In this document: piece after piece, positions 53,767 to 63,784 of the stretch
Numbering within the stretch: the first letter of the stretch is position 1
How the letters are laid out: every line of letters begins with the position of its first letter
NCBI GenBank assembly: GCA_040756135.1
Contig: JBFLZS010000007.1
Coordinates: 3,072 to 67,071, forward strand
Direction of reading: 5' to 3'
Length of the DNA stretch: 64,000 bases
From: Nitrospirota bacterium
GTDB lineage: Bacteria; Nitrospirota; Thermodesulfovibrionia; Thermodesulfovibrionales; SM23-35
Position numbers and translations under genes: made by a program
Notes under the pieces: generated by a model
The model's input: only the letters and a program-made list of their open reading frames with translations
Database searches by the model: none
Told to the model about the DNA's origin: nothing

Positions 53767-53829
53767 GTCCCCAAAAGTCAGTCCCCAAAAGTCACAACGC
53801 GTCCCCAAAAGTCACAACGTCCCCAAAAG
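53767..53829. repeat. Four copies of gtccccaaaag(tca) immediately upstream of the methyltransferase start
   Basis: gtccccaaaagtca gtccccaaaagtca caacgc gtccccaaaagtca caac gtccccaaaag. The first copy belongs to the 30-mer also present at 49824-49853. Confidence 0.85.
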
Positions 53830-53835
53830 ATCCCC

Positions 53836-54642
53836 ATGAAATACTTTGACCCAATAAAGCAACAATTGATTTATATCAAAAATAAAGCAGACTCAGATTA
53901 TTGGGATGCACATTGGGATTTAGATGAAAATATCAGAATGAAAATTCTGGGCACTAAGAATACGTTTGTTTCACGGATAACAAAGAAATATTTAAAACCC
54001 TCAGATGGATACATTCTTGAAGGGGGATGTGGAAACGGTGTTAATGTCGCTTCATTGTACAGTAATGGATATAAGGTGATAGGCATCGATTATGCAGAAA
54101 ATACTGTAAAAACACTCAATAAATATATCCCTGAATTAGATATCAGACTCGGAGATGTCAGAAATCTGCCATTCGAAGATGATTATTTCATTGGATATTG
54201 GTCTTTGGGAGTCATTGAACATTTTTGTGAGGGCTATGGTTCAATTGCACTAGAGATGTTTCGGGTTCTCAAGGATAGCGGGTATCTTTTTTTGGCATTT
54301 CCTTATATGTCGCCATTGAGGTGCTTTAAGGGAAGATTTGGTAAGTATGAATTATGGAAAAAAGAAATGAAATATGATTCATTTTATCAATTTGCCCTCA
54401 ATTCAGAGACAGTCATTCAGCATTTTAGAGATATTGGGTTTAAGCTAATAAGAGGTCTACCTTTCGATGGAATCAAAGGAACAAAAGATGAAGTAGCAAT
54501 TTTAAAACCAGTATTACAAAAATTATACGATTATAATAGCAGTATGTTGGCATTTAAAGGATTTAGAAAAGCTATTTCAATAATAATGTCTACTGTTGCA
54601 GGACATTGCATGCTATTAATTTTTAAAAAATCTTCCGTTTAA
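53836..54642 (+). CDS. Class I SAM-dependent methyltransferase
   Basis: Motif I ILEGGCGNGVN and motif LPFEDDYFIGYWSLGVIEHF. Start placed at MKYFDP (53836); the upstream part of the ORF is repeat DNA. Confidence 0.85.
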   Translation: MKYFDPIKQQLIYIKNKADSDYWDAHWDLDENIRMKILGTKNTFVSRITKKYLKPSDGYILEGGCGNGVNVASLYSNGYKVIGIDYAENTVKTLNKYIPELDIRLGDVRNLPFEDDYFIGYWSLGVIEHFCEGYGSIALEMFRVLKDSGYLFLAFPYMSPLRCFKGRFGKYELWKKEMKYDSFYQFALNSETVIQHFRDIGFKLIRGLPFDGIKGTKDEVAILKPVLQKLYDYNSSMLAFKGFRKAISIIMSTVAGHCMLLIFKKSSV

Positions 54643-54775
54643 TTATTCTAACATTGTTTTTCTTCTCTATCAGTTTTATGAAAAGAGTGACCATGAAGAA
54701 ATATCCTTCTTTGTTACAAATGAGGAAAGGGACAAGAAATAGTTCACCGTTCTCCGATAAAGTAATTCAAAGCTT

Positions 54776-56050
54776 TTGAAAACAACCTTAGAAATCATAG
54801 GCAAAAAAATCTTTGGTATTACCATAAATGTTACCGATACTTTCTGGATAACACTTAATATAGCAGTCAAGCTCATTTTAAGTATAATTGGAAGCATTTT
54901 ATTTGCAAGACTGGCAGGCGTTGAATATTTTGGAAAGTACCAATATATCTTTTCATTAAATAGTGTAGCAGCTTTATTAGTTTTGCCAGGTATTGAGAAT
55001 GCACTTATAAATTCTTCGGCAAAAAAGACTGAAGGTGACTTCATACTGGCGTTTAAAAAAAAGCTCAGCCTGTTACCTTTTTATATCCTTTTCTTTTTAG
55101 TTCTTAATTTTGCTATTTTTATTAATACAAAAAGCTTTGAATTGTTATTATCATTTTTTATTATATCTATACTCAGTGGTTATATTACAATCTTTGACTA
55201 TCATCTATCGTATTTTATTGGTAAGAGAGAATATAAGAAGTTATTCGTTTGTACGTTAATGACCTCGTTTTCATCAATCACTGTGGTGCTTTCTTATTTT
55301 TATTTCTCAAAATTTATATTCCACACTCATGTGCCAATATATGCTCTCATTGCTGTTCCGCTATTGTGGAATGCTTGCATTTATACTTACATATTCATTT
55401 ATATTAGGAAACGATTGATATATAGATCAACTTTTAGTGATGACTTCCTGCCATATGCTAAAAATCTTTCATATATATCAATTGTTAAAAATATTCAAAC
55501 AAATATTGATGAATTTTTAGTAGGAACATTTTTCAAATATGAATCTTTAACATTCTACAGTATAGGGAAAAAAATATTTATGAATTCCCTATATATATGG
55601 AGCATAGCTTTAAATTATTTGCAACCACGATTAGTTGGAAAGAGCATACAGGAAGCATATGGATATTTTAAAAAATATCTTAAGGTATATTGGTTAATAA
55701 TACCAGGCATTATTGTATTCTGTCTTTTATTGCCATCGATAATAAAGATTCTGTATGGGAAAGAATTTTTGGGGGCTTCAAACTATGCTCAATTATTTAT
55801 GGTTATTATTGTAATTTCTATCCCGGCGTTTTATTTAGAAGTGTACTACAAAGCCAATCAGCTCTATAGGATTCTCTATATCGGAAGAATGGTTGATACC
55901 CTCTCTCTAATTTCATTTGTCATATTTGTCTATCTATTTCATGCATATGGGATTATCCTTAATAGGATAATAGCCACGTTCATTCTCAGCTTGATATTAA
56001 TATTAATATTTTTAAGAAAAATGAAACAACAATCAACTCAAAAAATTTAA
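54776..56050 (+). CDS. wzx: Oligosaccharide flippase (Wzx / polysaccharide biosynthesis protein family)
   Basis: 424-aa polytopic protein. The N-terminal ILSIIGSILFARLAGVEYFGKYQYIFS is typical of Wzx-type flippases. Confidence 0.8.
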   Translation: MKTTLEIIGKKIFGITINVTDTFWITLNIAVKLILSIIGSILFARLAGVEYFGKYQYIFSLNSVAALLVLPGIENALINSSAKKTEGDFILAFKKKLSLLPFYILFFLVLNFAIFINTKSFELLLSFFIISILSGYITIFDYHLSYFIGKREYKKLFVCTLMTSFSSITVVLSYFYFSKFIFHTHVPIYALIAVPLLWNACIYTYIFIYIRKRLIYRSTFSDDFLPYAKNLSYISIVKNIQTNIDEFLVGTFFKYESLTFYSIGKKIFMNSLYIWSIALNYLQPRLVGKSIQEAYGYFKKYLKVYWLIIPGIIVFCLLLPSIIKILYGKEFLGASNYAQLFMVIIVISIPAFYLEVYYKANQLYRILYIGRMVDTLSLISFVIFVYLFHAYGIILNRIIATFILSLILILIFLRKMKQQSTQKI

Positions 56051-56053
56051 TCT

Positions 56054-57184
56054 ATGAATTTAATATTATTTTTTACGTATGGCGTATCACTGAGGACGTG
56101 GGATGAGACGGGGCTGATAGACAGAGAAATACTCATTTATAAAAAACTGCTTGAGAAAGGGATTAAAGTCTCGTTCATTACCTATGATGACGAATCTGAT
56201 TATCAATACCAGGATAAACTTGGCGATATTGAAATTATCCCTTTCTATGCTTTTGTAAAAAAGCCATCAAACAAAGTAATAAAGTTTCTTCAATCTTTTT
56301 TTTTACCATTTATATTGAAAAAACAATTGCAGAAAGCAGATATTTTCAAAACAAATCAGATGTCAATGACATGGGCGCCTTTATTGGCAAAATTAATATT
56401 TAAAAAAAAACTTATTATTAGATGTGGATTTGAGTGGTATCGGTTTCTTGTTAAAAAAAGTCAGTCGATATTTCTTAAATTGTTTGTATATATTACAGAA
56501 TTGTTTTCATATTATATTGCGGATGGAATTATATTAACATCGGAAAATGACAGACAGTATATAATTAAAAAATTTTACATCAAAAATTGGGAGAAAATAA
56601 AAGTTATCTCTAATTTTATAGATACAGATACATTTAAACCATTAGACTCCTTTCGAAAAAAGAACAATCATTTAATATTTATTGGACGGCTGACCGAACA
56701 GAAAAATTTATTGAATCTTTTTGAAGCTTTGAAAGATAGCAAATATTGTCTGGATATAATTGGAGATGGAGAGCTTAAAGAAAAATTGATAAATTATAGC
56801 GTTCAAAATCAAGTCCGGATAAATTTCTTGAGTAAGATCCCAAATAGTGAGATGCCCCATATACTAAATCAATATCATACTTTTATTTTTCCTTCGTATT
56901 ATGAAGGAAATCCTAAGGCATTACTTGAGGCAATGAGCTGTAGATTGGCTGTTATAGGAACAAATGTTGAAGGAATAAATAATGTAATAAAGCATAAAGA
57001 AAATGGTTATCTTTGCAAGACAGACAGCCAATCAATCAGAGACGCAATAGATGTTGTGATGGAGGATGAACTTTTGAGAAAACGCATGGGAGTTCAAGCA
57101 AGGAAATTTGTTATTAATCATTGCAGTATCAATGAGATAGTAAAAAAAGAAATCGATTTTTATACTACTGTCTTAAAGTGCTAA
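56054..57184 (+). CDS. Glycosyltransferase family 4 (GT-B)
   Basis: IFIGRLTEQKN and FPSYYEGNPKALLEAMSCRLAVIGT (E-x7-E region). Confidence 0.85.
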   Translation: MNLILFFTYGVSLRTWDETGLIDREILIYKKLLEKGIKVSFITYDDESDYQYQDKLGDIEIIPFYAFVKKPSNKVIKFLQSFFLPFILKKQLQKADIFKTNQMSMTWAPLLAKLIFKKKLIIRCGFEWYRFLVKKSQSIFLKLFVYITELFSYYIADGIILTSENDRQYIIKKFYIKNWEKIKVISNFIDTDTFKPLDSFRKKNNHLIFIGRLTEQKNLLNLFEALKDSKYCLDIIGDGELKEKLINYSVQNQVRINFLSKIPNSEMPHILNQYHTFIFPSYYEGNPKALLEAMSCRLAVIGTNVEGINNVIKHKENGYLCKTDSQSIRDAIDVVMEDELLRKRMGVQARKFVINHCSINEIVKKEIDFYTTVLKC

Positions 57185-57194
57185 GACAGACAAG

Positions 57195-57857
57195 ATGAAA
57201 TCTTTAATTAAAAGATTGCTCTTTACCCCCAAAATTGCAAAAAAAATTGTTAAACAGTTATTAAAAATTCATACCTTAAGCTACAATTATATTGGCACTT
57301 TTTCTATAGCAGCAGAAAATGGTCTTCATCCAAAACATAGACTCATGAACTATCATAAATTCTTTGTTGACAATGTTTCTGCGAACGACATGGTTTTAGA
57401 TATAGGTTGTGGCAATGGTGCCTTGACCTATGACCTTGCAAAAAAAACAAAGTATGTTTATGGGATTGATATTAATGCAAAAAATATAGAATATGCCAGG
57501 AAAAAATATAACACAAATAATATTACATATATAGTCGGAGATGCCACAGAATATGAATTTAATGATAAGTTTGATGTAATAGTTTTATCTAATGTATTGG
57601 AACATATTGAAAATAGAATTGATTTTTTATTGGAAATAGCCGATTTATCAAATATATTTCTGATTAGAGTGCCTATGATAAACAGAGACTGGGTAGTTTT
57701 ATACAAAAAAGAAATAGGGTTGCCATTTATGAGTGACCCCACTCATTACACAGAATACACTCTCGAATCATTTTTTGACGAGATGCATCAGGCAGGTTTG
57801 AAAGTAAATAATTATAGTATTCAATTTGGAGAAATATGGGCAAAGGTTTCAAAATAG
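57195..57857 (+). CDS. Class I SAM-dependent methyltransferase
   Basis: VLDIGCGNGALT and FDVIVLSNVLEHIENR. Confidence 0.85.
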   Translation: MKSLIKRLLFTPKIAKKIVKQLLKIHTLSYNYIGTFSIAAENGLHPKHRLMNYHKFFVDNVSANDMVLDIGCGNGALTYDLAKKTKYVYGIDINAKNIEYARKKYNTNNITYIVGDATEYEFNDKFDVIVLSNVLEHIENRIDFLLEIADLSNIFLIRVPMINRDWVVLYKKEIGLPFMSDPTHYTEYTLESFFDEMHQAGLKVNNYSIQFGEIWAKVSK

Positions 57858-59259
57858 CAGATTATTCACACAAAAAGATATTATTAGTTCAAACATTAAT
57901 ATGTTATTAAGTCAAAAATATTCTTATGTGATTTTAATATTAGGTGCTCTCATAATTGGTTCTCTTATAGTTGTAAGTTCGAATTTAATAATACTACCAT
58001 TCTTAGCCAGTTTGGTATTACTTTTCATTATAAAACCTCATATAGGTCTTTACACAATATTTCTAACAGATATTTGGTTCAGTTATCATGAAGGTCCGAT
58101 TTCTCGAAGAACAATTATTTTATTTTTTGTTGTATCAATTTATATGATTTATTTCTTTTATAAAAAGAAGTTTAAAATTGATAAAAAAGTAAATTATATA
58201 GTTTATACAATTTTTGTTTTATTGCTATGGGGATTGTTTACAGATTTTCTTATTAATAAAGTGCCCCTTAAAAACTTTTACGCAAGTTTTGCAAGATTGT
58301 GGTTGCCAGTTTTGATTGCACTTCTATTGTATTTTTTTATCGAAAAAGAGAAACATTTAGATAAATTTATTTATATAATTATTTTTGGAGTCTCTATTTC
58401 TGGGTTGATAGGAATTTTACAATTTTTCTGGGGCGGTGTTTTTTATGATATAGTGCCTCGCCCGGAAAATATGAACATAAGTAGCGGAGTTATTTTCGGA
58501 TTATCAGGGATGCCCCATATTTATGCTTCCCAACTCGCAAGTACTATTCCATTGATACTTTCAATTATCCTGTCGCAACATAAATTTAGGAAAATATTAT
58601 TAATTTCGTTTGCTATTTTGACAATTGCGTTGATCCTGACGTTTGTACGTTCCGCAATATATGGGTGTACAATCGGTATCATAACTTTATTCTTATTCAG
58701 ATTGAAAAAGAAAATTGCTATAAAGATCAATATCTTAATTGTTATTCTTCTTTTATTGTTTTCTGTGTTATCGGGAATGACTGAACACGGTAAAAGATTG
58801 TTTCAAGTAGAAGGGTCAGCTTTAGGGCGAATACCACTTGCAATATCTGCTTTTTATATTGCCAAAGACAATCCTTTTGGAGTAGGTAGAGGTAAATATA
58901 CAGAAGAAGTAGAAGAATATTTGTGGCAGTTAAAACGTTTTGAATATTACCACGTTGTTACAGTCACAACTCCACATAATCAATTTCTAAATGTTTTGGT
59001 ATATTGGGGCATTCCCGGATTTTTGTTGTTGCTCTTTTTTTATTATAAAATCCTTAAGCAAGTAAATATTATTAGAAAAACAACAAACAATGAATATCTA
59101 AAGACACTTAGCATTGGATTATTTTGTTCATATATTGCTTACATAATAAACTCCCTGTTTCATAATAATGGAGCTTTTACAGGTGATCCGTTTCATTGGT
59201 ATTTTATTGGATTGACCTTTTGTTTAATTAAATTGACAATTTACAATAAAAGACCTTAA
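57826..59259 (+). CDS. wzy: O-antigen polymerase/ligase-like membrane protein (Wzy type)
   Basis: Polytopic. LTFVRSAIYG and TPHNQFLNVLVYWGIPGF resemble Wzy_C motifs. The start may be the internal MLLSQKY. Confidence 0.75.
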   Translation: MEKYGQRFQNSRLFTQKDIISSNINMLLSQKYSYVILILGALIIGSLIVVSSNLIILPFLASLVLLFIIKPHIGLYTIFLTDIWFSYHEGPISRRTIILFFVVSIYMIYFFYKKKFKIDKKVNYIVYTIFVLLLWGLFTDFLINKVPLKNFYASFARLWLPVLIALLLYFFIEKEKHLDKFIYIIIFGVSISGLIGILQFFWGGVFYDIVPRPENMNISSGVIFGLSGMPHIYASQLASTIPLILSIILSQHKFRKILLISFAILTIALILTFVRSAIYGCTIGIITLFLFRLKKKIAIKINILIVILLLLFSVLSGMTEHGKRLFQVEGSALGRIPLAISAFYIAKDNPFGVGRGKYTEEVEEYLWQLKRFEYYHVVTVTTPHNQFLNVLVYWGIPGFLLLLFFYYKILKQVNIIRKTTNNEYLKTLSIGLFCSYIAYIINSLFHNNGAFTGDPFHWYFIGLTFCLIKLTIYNKRP

Positions 59260-59873
59260 TGGATTGTAAAAAATATCAGCCATCACATATTTATTTGCCA
59301 ATTGGTATCAAAAGATGGCATGCATATTGGACTCAGATAAATTATGTTTATAAAACGAAGGCTAAAAAGATTCTTGAAATAGGTCCGGGGAGAAGAGTGG
59401 TGACAGACTATTTAATAAAAGCTGGATTAGATATATCATCTTGTGACATAGACCCTAAAATAAAAGCTGATTATCATTGTAATTTAGAGGACATTCCTCT
59501 TGAAATGAGTTATGAATTGGTTTTTTGTTGTGAAGTTTTGGAACATATGCCATATGAGAAATTTTATCCGAGCTTAAAAAAAATATATTCTTTAACAACA
59601 AAATATGCATTAATTTCTTTGCCCCAACGCCATCACCTTTTTTATTTTAAAATTATAATTATGAATCGGACGCTATTTGAATTTAAATGGATAAAGCCTA
59701 TATTTAGGAAAAAACATATATGGGATGGTCAACATTATTGGGAAGTAAATGCAAAAGGTTATAGTGAAAATAAAATTAGAGATGATATTGAAAGGGTAGG
59801 ATTTAAGATATTGGAAGAAAAAACACACATTGAAAATCCTTATAACAGATTTTATTTGTTAGAAAAAATTTAA
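59259..59873 (+). CDS. Class I SAM-dependent methyltransferase
   Basis: ILEIGPGRRVVT and YELVFCCEVLEHMPYEKF. Confidence 0.75.
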   Translation: MDCKKYQPSHIYLPIGIKRWHAYWTQINYVYKTKAKKILEIGPGRRVVTDYLIKAGLDISSCDIDPKIKADYHCNLEDIPLEMSYELVFCCEVLEHMPYEKFYPSLKKIYSLTTKYALISLPQRHHLFYFKIIIMNRTLFEFKWIKPIFRKKHIWDGQHYWEVNAKGYSENKIRDDIERVGFKILEEKTHIENPYNRFYLLEKI

Positions 59874-59900
59874 ATCTATTTCCCTCTATTTAAATATATT

Positions 59901-60701
59901 ATGCCCAAAGTAAGTGTAATAATGGCTGTGTATAATGAGGAAAGATATGTTCAAAAGGCCATAGAAAGCATATTAAATCAGTCGTTTAAAGATATCGAAT
60001 TAATAATTGTCAATGATGCATCAACTGATGGCACTGGAGAGATTTTAAATCAATATAATGATGAGAGAATTATTATAATTAATAGCATAGAAAATATTGG
60101 CCGCGCAAAAGCTAGAAATTTGGCAATAAAAGCTTCAAGAGGTAATTACATTGCTATTATGGATGCTGATGATATTTCTATGATGCAAAGAATTCAAAAA
60201 CAGGTTGAATATTTAGAAGAGAATAGAAACGTTGCAATTTTAGGTACTGATTATTTTCCAATCGATAAAACTGGCAAAAGGATTCATGCAAAACTTTTAA
60301 TGCCTATTAACTCAAATGAAATAAAGAAAAGTGTTTTTAAGTTTAATCCATTTATTCATAGTTCTGTAATGATAAGAAGAACAGTCATTGAAGAATTTGG
60401 AGGCTATGACGAGCGCTTTGAACTTGCACATGACTATGAACTTGTTTTGAGGATTCTCAACAAACATGAAGGTTACAATCTGCCCGAAGAACTTGTTGCT
60501 TTTCGTATAGATAAAGAAAGACTTAATATCAAACGGGCACGAAAGCAAATATATTTTGCAATTTTAGCGAGATTAAAAGTTTTAAAAGAAGGTTTATATC
60601 CTTCAAAAAATTATATTTTTATTATAAATGATTTCATAAGATACATTTTCCCCTATTATAGTTTCTACAAGGGAAAATCGAAGATGAATCCTGCCTTTTG
60701 A
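59901..60701 (+). CDS. Glycosyltransferase family 2
   Basis: VSVIMAVYNEERYV, IIVNDASTDGT and IAIMDADDIS (DxD). Confidence 0.9.
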   Translation: MPKVSVIMAVYNEERYVQKAIESILNQSFKDIELIIVNDASTDGTGEILNQYNDERIIIINSIENIGRAKARNLAIKASRGNYIAIMDADDISMMQRIQKQVEYLEENRNVAILGTDYFPIDKTGKRIHAKLLMPINSNEIKKSVFKFNPFIHSSVMIRRTVIEEFGGYDERFELAHDYELVLRILNKHEGYNLPEELVAFRIDKERLNIKRARKQIYFAILARLKVLKEGLYPSKNYIFIINDFIRYIFPYYSFYKGKSKMNPAF

Positions 60702-60717
60702 TAATAGGAATGCAGGA

Positions 60718-61953
60718 ATGAAAGTTCTGATTTCCGCCTATGTATGCAGTCCTGCCTCCAGTTCGGAAGCAGAGGTAGGATGGCAATGGGTTAGCCGACT
60801 AAGTGAATTTCATGAAATTGTGGTTATAACAAAGAAGCCTAATTCATTAGAAAATGTACATAAATTAATTGAAAAAAAGAAAAGTCTACGATTTGAATAT
60901 TATGAGCTCCCAAGGATTTTTAATTTTCTCAGAGAAGGTGACATATGGCATTTCATCTATTATAATTTATGGCAAATAGGAGCTTATTTCCATGCGAGAA
61001 AATTAGTAAAAAAAGAAAACTTCGATTTAGTTCACCATTTAGTTTATGTAAATACTTGGCAACCAACATATATGGCATTTCTTAGAATCCCTTTTATTTA
61101 CGGTCCTTTAGGAGAAAATTCCCGTGTTCCTTACAGAATTGCAAAACATTATGGATGGAAAGTTAATCTCAGAGATACCATTATTAGTTTTGCAAGATAT
61201 ACAGGTAAAAACTTTAGTCCTTTGATGAGAACAGTCTATAAACGTGCATCAAGAATTATTGTTATTAACAGTCTTATTTATTCCAAAATGAGAGGCGCGA
61301 TTAAAAAGAAGACATTTATTCATCCTGCAGTTGGTGTTTCAATATCAAATACTCAGACAGAATATTCGAAGAAAAGAAATGAAAACGAATTCAAGATATT
61401 GTATATCGGAAGATTTGTGTATTTGAAATGTCCAGATCTTGCTTTAGAAGCTTTTCTTAAGTTTGCAGATGGACATGATGATGTTGAATTCACAATGATT
61501 GGTGGTGGCAAGATGCAAAGAGACCTCGAAAAAAATTTAGAAAAGCATAAAAATGCGAAGAAGGTTAAACTCATAGGATGGATAGATAGAAAAGAAGTTA
61601 CGGAATACATGAAAGAGTGTGATATATTTTTCTTCCCTACTTTTGAAGGCGGGGGCATGGTTATCCTTGAAGCCATGTCATATGGGAAGCCAGTAATTTG
61701 TTTGGATTTCGGAGGACCAAAGGACTTTGTAACTGATAAATGCGGGATCAAAGTTCCTGTGTCTAATAGGATACAAATAATAGCTGACCTTGCTGACGCT
61801 ATAGAAAAGCTTTATAATTCAGAGGACTTAAGACAGTCTATGGGAATTGCTGCGAGAATGAGGGTAGAAGAGTATTACACATGGGAGAAAAAAGTTGAGT
61901 GGATGAATAATGTTTATTTCGAGACTGTAGAAGTTATATCAAAACGACCATGA
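60718..61953 (+). CDS. Glycosyltransferase family 4 (GT-B)
   Basis: LYIGRFVYLKCPD and FFFPTFEGGGMVILEAMSYGKPVIC. Confidence 0.85.
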   Translation: MKVLISAYVCSPASSSEAEVGWQWVSRLSEFHEIVVITKKPNSLENVHKLIEKKKSLRFEYYELPRIFNFLREGDIWHFIYYNLWQIGAYFHARKLVKKENFDLVHHLVYVNTWQPTYMAFLRIPFIYGPLGENSRVPYRIAKHYGWKVNLRDTIISFARYTGKNFSPLMRTVYKRASRIIVINSLIYSKMRGAIKKKTFIHPAVGVSISNTQTEYSKKRNENEFKILYIGRFVYLKCPDLALEAFLKFADGHDDVEFTMIGGGKMQRDLEKNLEKHKNAKKVKLIGWIDRKEVTEYMKECDIFFFPTFEGGGMVILEAMSYGKPVICLDFGGPKDFVTDKCGIKVPVSNRIQIIADLADAIEKLYNSEDLRQSMGIAARMRVEEYYTWEKKVEWMNNVYFETVEVISKRP

Positions 61954-62591
61954 ATAGAATATATGCACTATATAAAAACTTTCGGCATCAATATACACTT
62001 TTTTATACTCGCCGCAGGGTAAAAGCAACAAAGCAATTCATAAAAGCACATGTAATGACTGATGGGACTATTTTAGACTGTGGTGCTCGACAAGGCAGTT
62101 TCAATAATGTTTTTAGAGAATTAAAATATGAAAAAATAATTGCTGCAGATCTTGATACCCAAGCTTTGGAAGTGAATACCGCAGATAAAAAGGTTTCACT
62201 TGACTTAGAAGAAAAGTTGCCTTTTCCAGAAGAATTTTGTGATTGTGTTTTTGCCGCTGAAATAATTGAACACTTGGAAAATCGTAGAGAATTTCTGATG
62301 GAATTATTTAGAGTATTAAAACCATCAGGAAATTTACTGCTTACAACTCCAAATAAAAGAAGTCTGATTGCATATTTTGACAGATTAATAGGCCGATTTA
62401 TTGAAAATGGTAAATGGAATGGTCATGATTTTAATCATAGATATGTATATGCGTTTGATGAAATTAGGGATTTATTAAGAAAAGTTGGTTTTAAAATTGT
62501 TGCAAGCGAAAGTTTCTACTTATTCTATGGACTTCCAATTAGAACTAAAACTTCCCTTGGCATGTGTACTTGGATAATGGCAAGGAAATAA
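61950..62591 (+). CDS. Class I SAM-dependent methyltransferase
   Basis: ILDCGARQGSF and CVFAAEIIEHLENRREF. Overlaps the preceding GT by 4 nt. Confidence 0.85.
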   Translation: MNRIYALYKNFRHQYTLFYTRRRVKATKQFIKAHVMTDGTILDCGARQGSFNNVFRELKYEKIIAADLDTQALEVNTADKKVSLDLEEKLPFPEEFCDCVFAAEIIEHLENRREFLMELFRVLKPSGNLLLTTPNKRSLIAYFDRLIGRFIENGKWNGHDFNHRYVYAFDEIRDLLRKVGFKIVASESFYLFYGLPIRTKTSLGMCTWIMARK

Positions 62592-62624
62592 GATTTCTTA
62601 AGTATTTATCATCATCTGAATATC

Positions 62625-63686
62625 ATGAAAAAAGTTTTAATGTTGGTCAATTGGGATGTTCATAAGGAAGATAATCGAAGTTATGTTCACCAATCTCCAA
62701 ATATATTTCCTCCAAATCAACAATACTGGTTCTTCAAACATTGGCCAGAAAAAGATATCGAGGTTGATGTAATCGATTTTTCAAAATTTCCCTTAATTCA
62801 CGCCATTGAAAAGAATATACTTCGATTTTATGTGATTCAAACTTTCAAAGCCTTATTAAAATTAAAGCAATATAATATTATCATTTCCCATGGGGCACAA
62901 AGTGCTATTTTTTCAGCGTTTATACGCTCTATCTTTGGCATCAAAAATCCACCGCATATCATTATAGATGTGGGTTGTCTTAATGGAGGTCGTTCAAGCC
63001 AACCTGAGCTTTCAATATTCCAATTTTCTATGAAGTCGATTTTAGGACTCATTTATCATGTGGGGTCACAGAAAGAACACTATGATAGGTATTTCCCATT
63101 TCTAGCAAAAAAGGCTTTTTTTGTTCCATTCGGAGTTGATACAGAATTCTTTAAACCTTTAAATGTTGAGCAAGAAGATTACATCTTATCAATAGGTTAT
63201 AAATTTCGTGATTGGTTAACATTAATTAATGCTTATTCCCAAATAAACACTAATACTATTTTAAAAATAGTTGGTCCTCGAGAGTTGAATATTGATTTGC
63301 AGGGTAATGTTCTTATTCAGCCTTATGTGCCAATAAATATCCTTAAAGAATTAATCGCCAAAGCAAAATTCATTGTTCTCCCTCTGATTAAGCTGCCTTA
63401 TGCCCATGGGCAAATGACCCTGTTGCAATCGATGGCTATGGGGAAAGCAGTTATTGTTACTAAAGTACCCTCTACAATTGATTATATAAATGATGGGGAG
63501 GATGCACTTTTTGTGAGGCTTAATGACGTTGATGACATGAGAAATAAAATAGAGTTTCTCTTGAATAATCCTGACGAAATATTCAGGCTGGGCGAAAATG
63601 CTAGAAAATCTATGGAAGATAGATTTTCTGAAAAGCACATGGCAGAGGCTATTTATCAAGCCTGTAAAGCCCTTAGCATAATTTAA
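62625..63686 (+). CDS. Glycosyltransferase family 4-like (GT-B)
   Basis: C-terminal LPLIKLPYAHGQMTLLQSMAMGKAVIVT and a typical GT-B length. Confidence 0.8.
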   Translation: MKKVLMLVNWDVHKEDNRSYVHQSPNIFPPNQQYWFFKHWPEKDIEVDVIDFSKFPLIHAIEKNILRFYVIQTFKALLKLKQYNIIISHGAQSAIFSAFIRSIFGIKNPPHIIIDVGCLNGGRSSQPELSIFQFSMKSILGLIYHVGSQKEHYDRYFPFLAKKAFFVPFGVDTEFFKPLNVEQEDYILSIGYKFRDWLTLINAYSQINTNTILKIVGPRELNIDLQGNVLIQPYVPINILKELIAKAKFIVLPLIKLPYAHGQMTLLQSMAMGKAVIVTKVPSTIDYINDGEDALFVRLNDVDDMRNKIEFLLNNPDEIFRLGENARKSMEDRFSEKHMAEAIYQACKALSII

Positions 63687-63688
63687 TC

Positions 63689-63784
63689 ATGAAAATCCTG
63701 ATGGCGCATAACTGGTATTTTGTTGGGAGAGGGGCGGATCGGGTTTTTTTTGAGACGGCTCGACTCCTTGAGGAACATGGGCAT
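63689..63784 (+). pseudogene. 5' fragment of a further GT4-type glycosyltransferase gene
   Basis: MKILMAHNWYFVGRGADRVFFETARLLEEHGH is a typical GT4 N-terminus. After about 63785 no frame continues GT-like and the base composition changes. Confidence 0.5.

Noticed and set aside
53523-53774. Minus-strand ORF 53523-53774 (YLVYLVSLVYQVYLVS...), and 49401-49847, which shares the MGTLFLTL start.
   Set aside because: The translations are low-complexity readings of the ATAAAC-periodic and 30-mer repeats. The second also runs antisense to vapBC.
47613-53835. Interpretation of the cassette islet as an integron or CALIN array with attC sites.
   Set aside because: I could not identify convincing R''/L''-L'/R' attC architecture or GTTRRRY cores at cassette boundaries by eye, and no integrase is present. 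It is kept only as a testable hypothesis in the findings.
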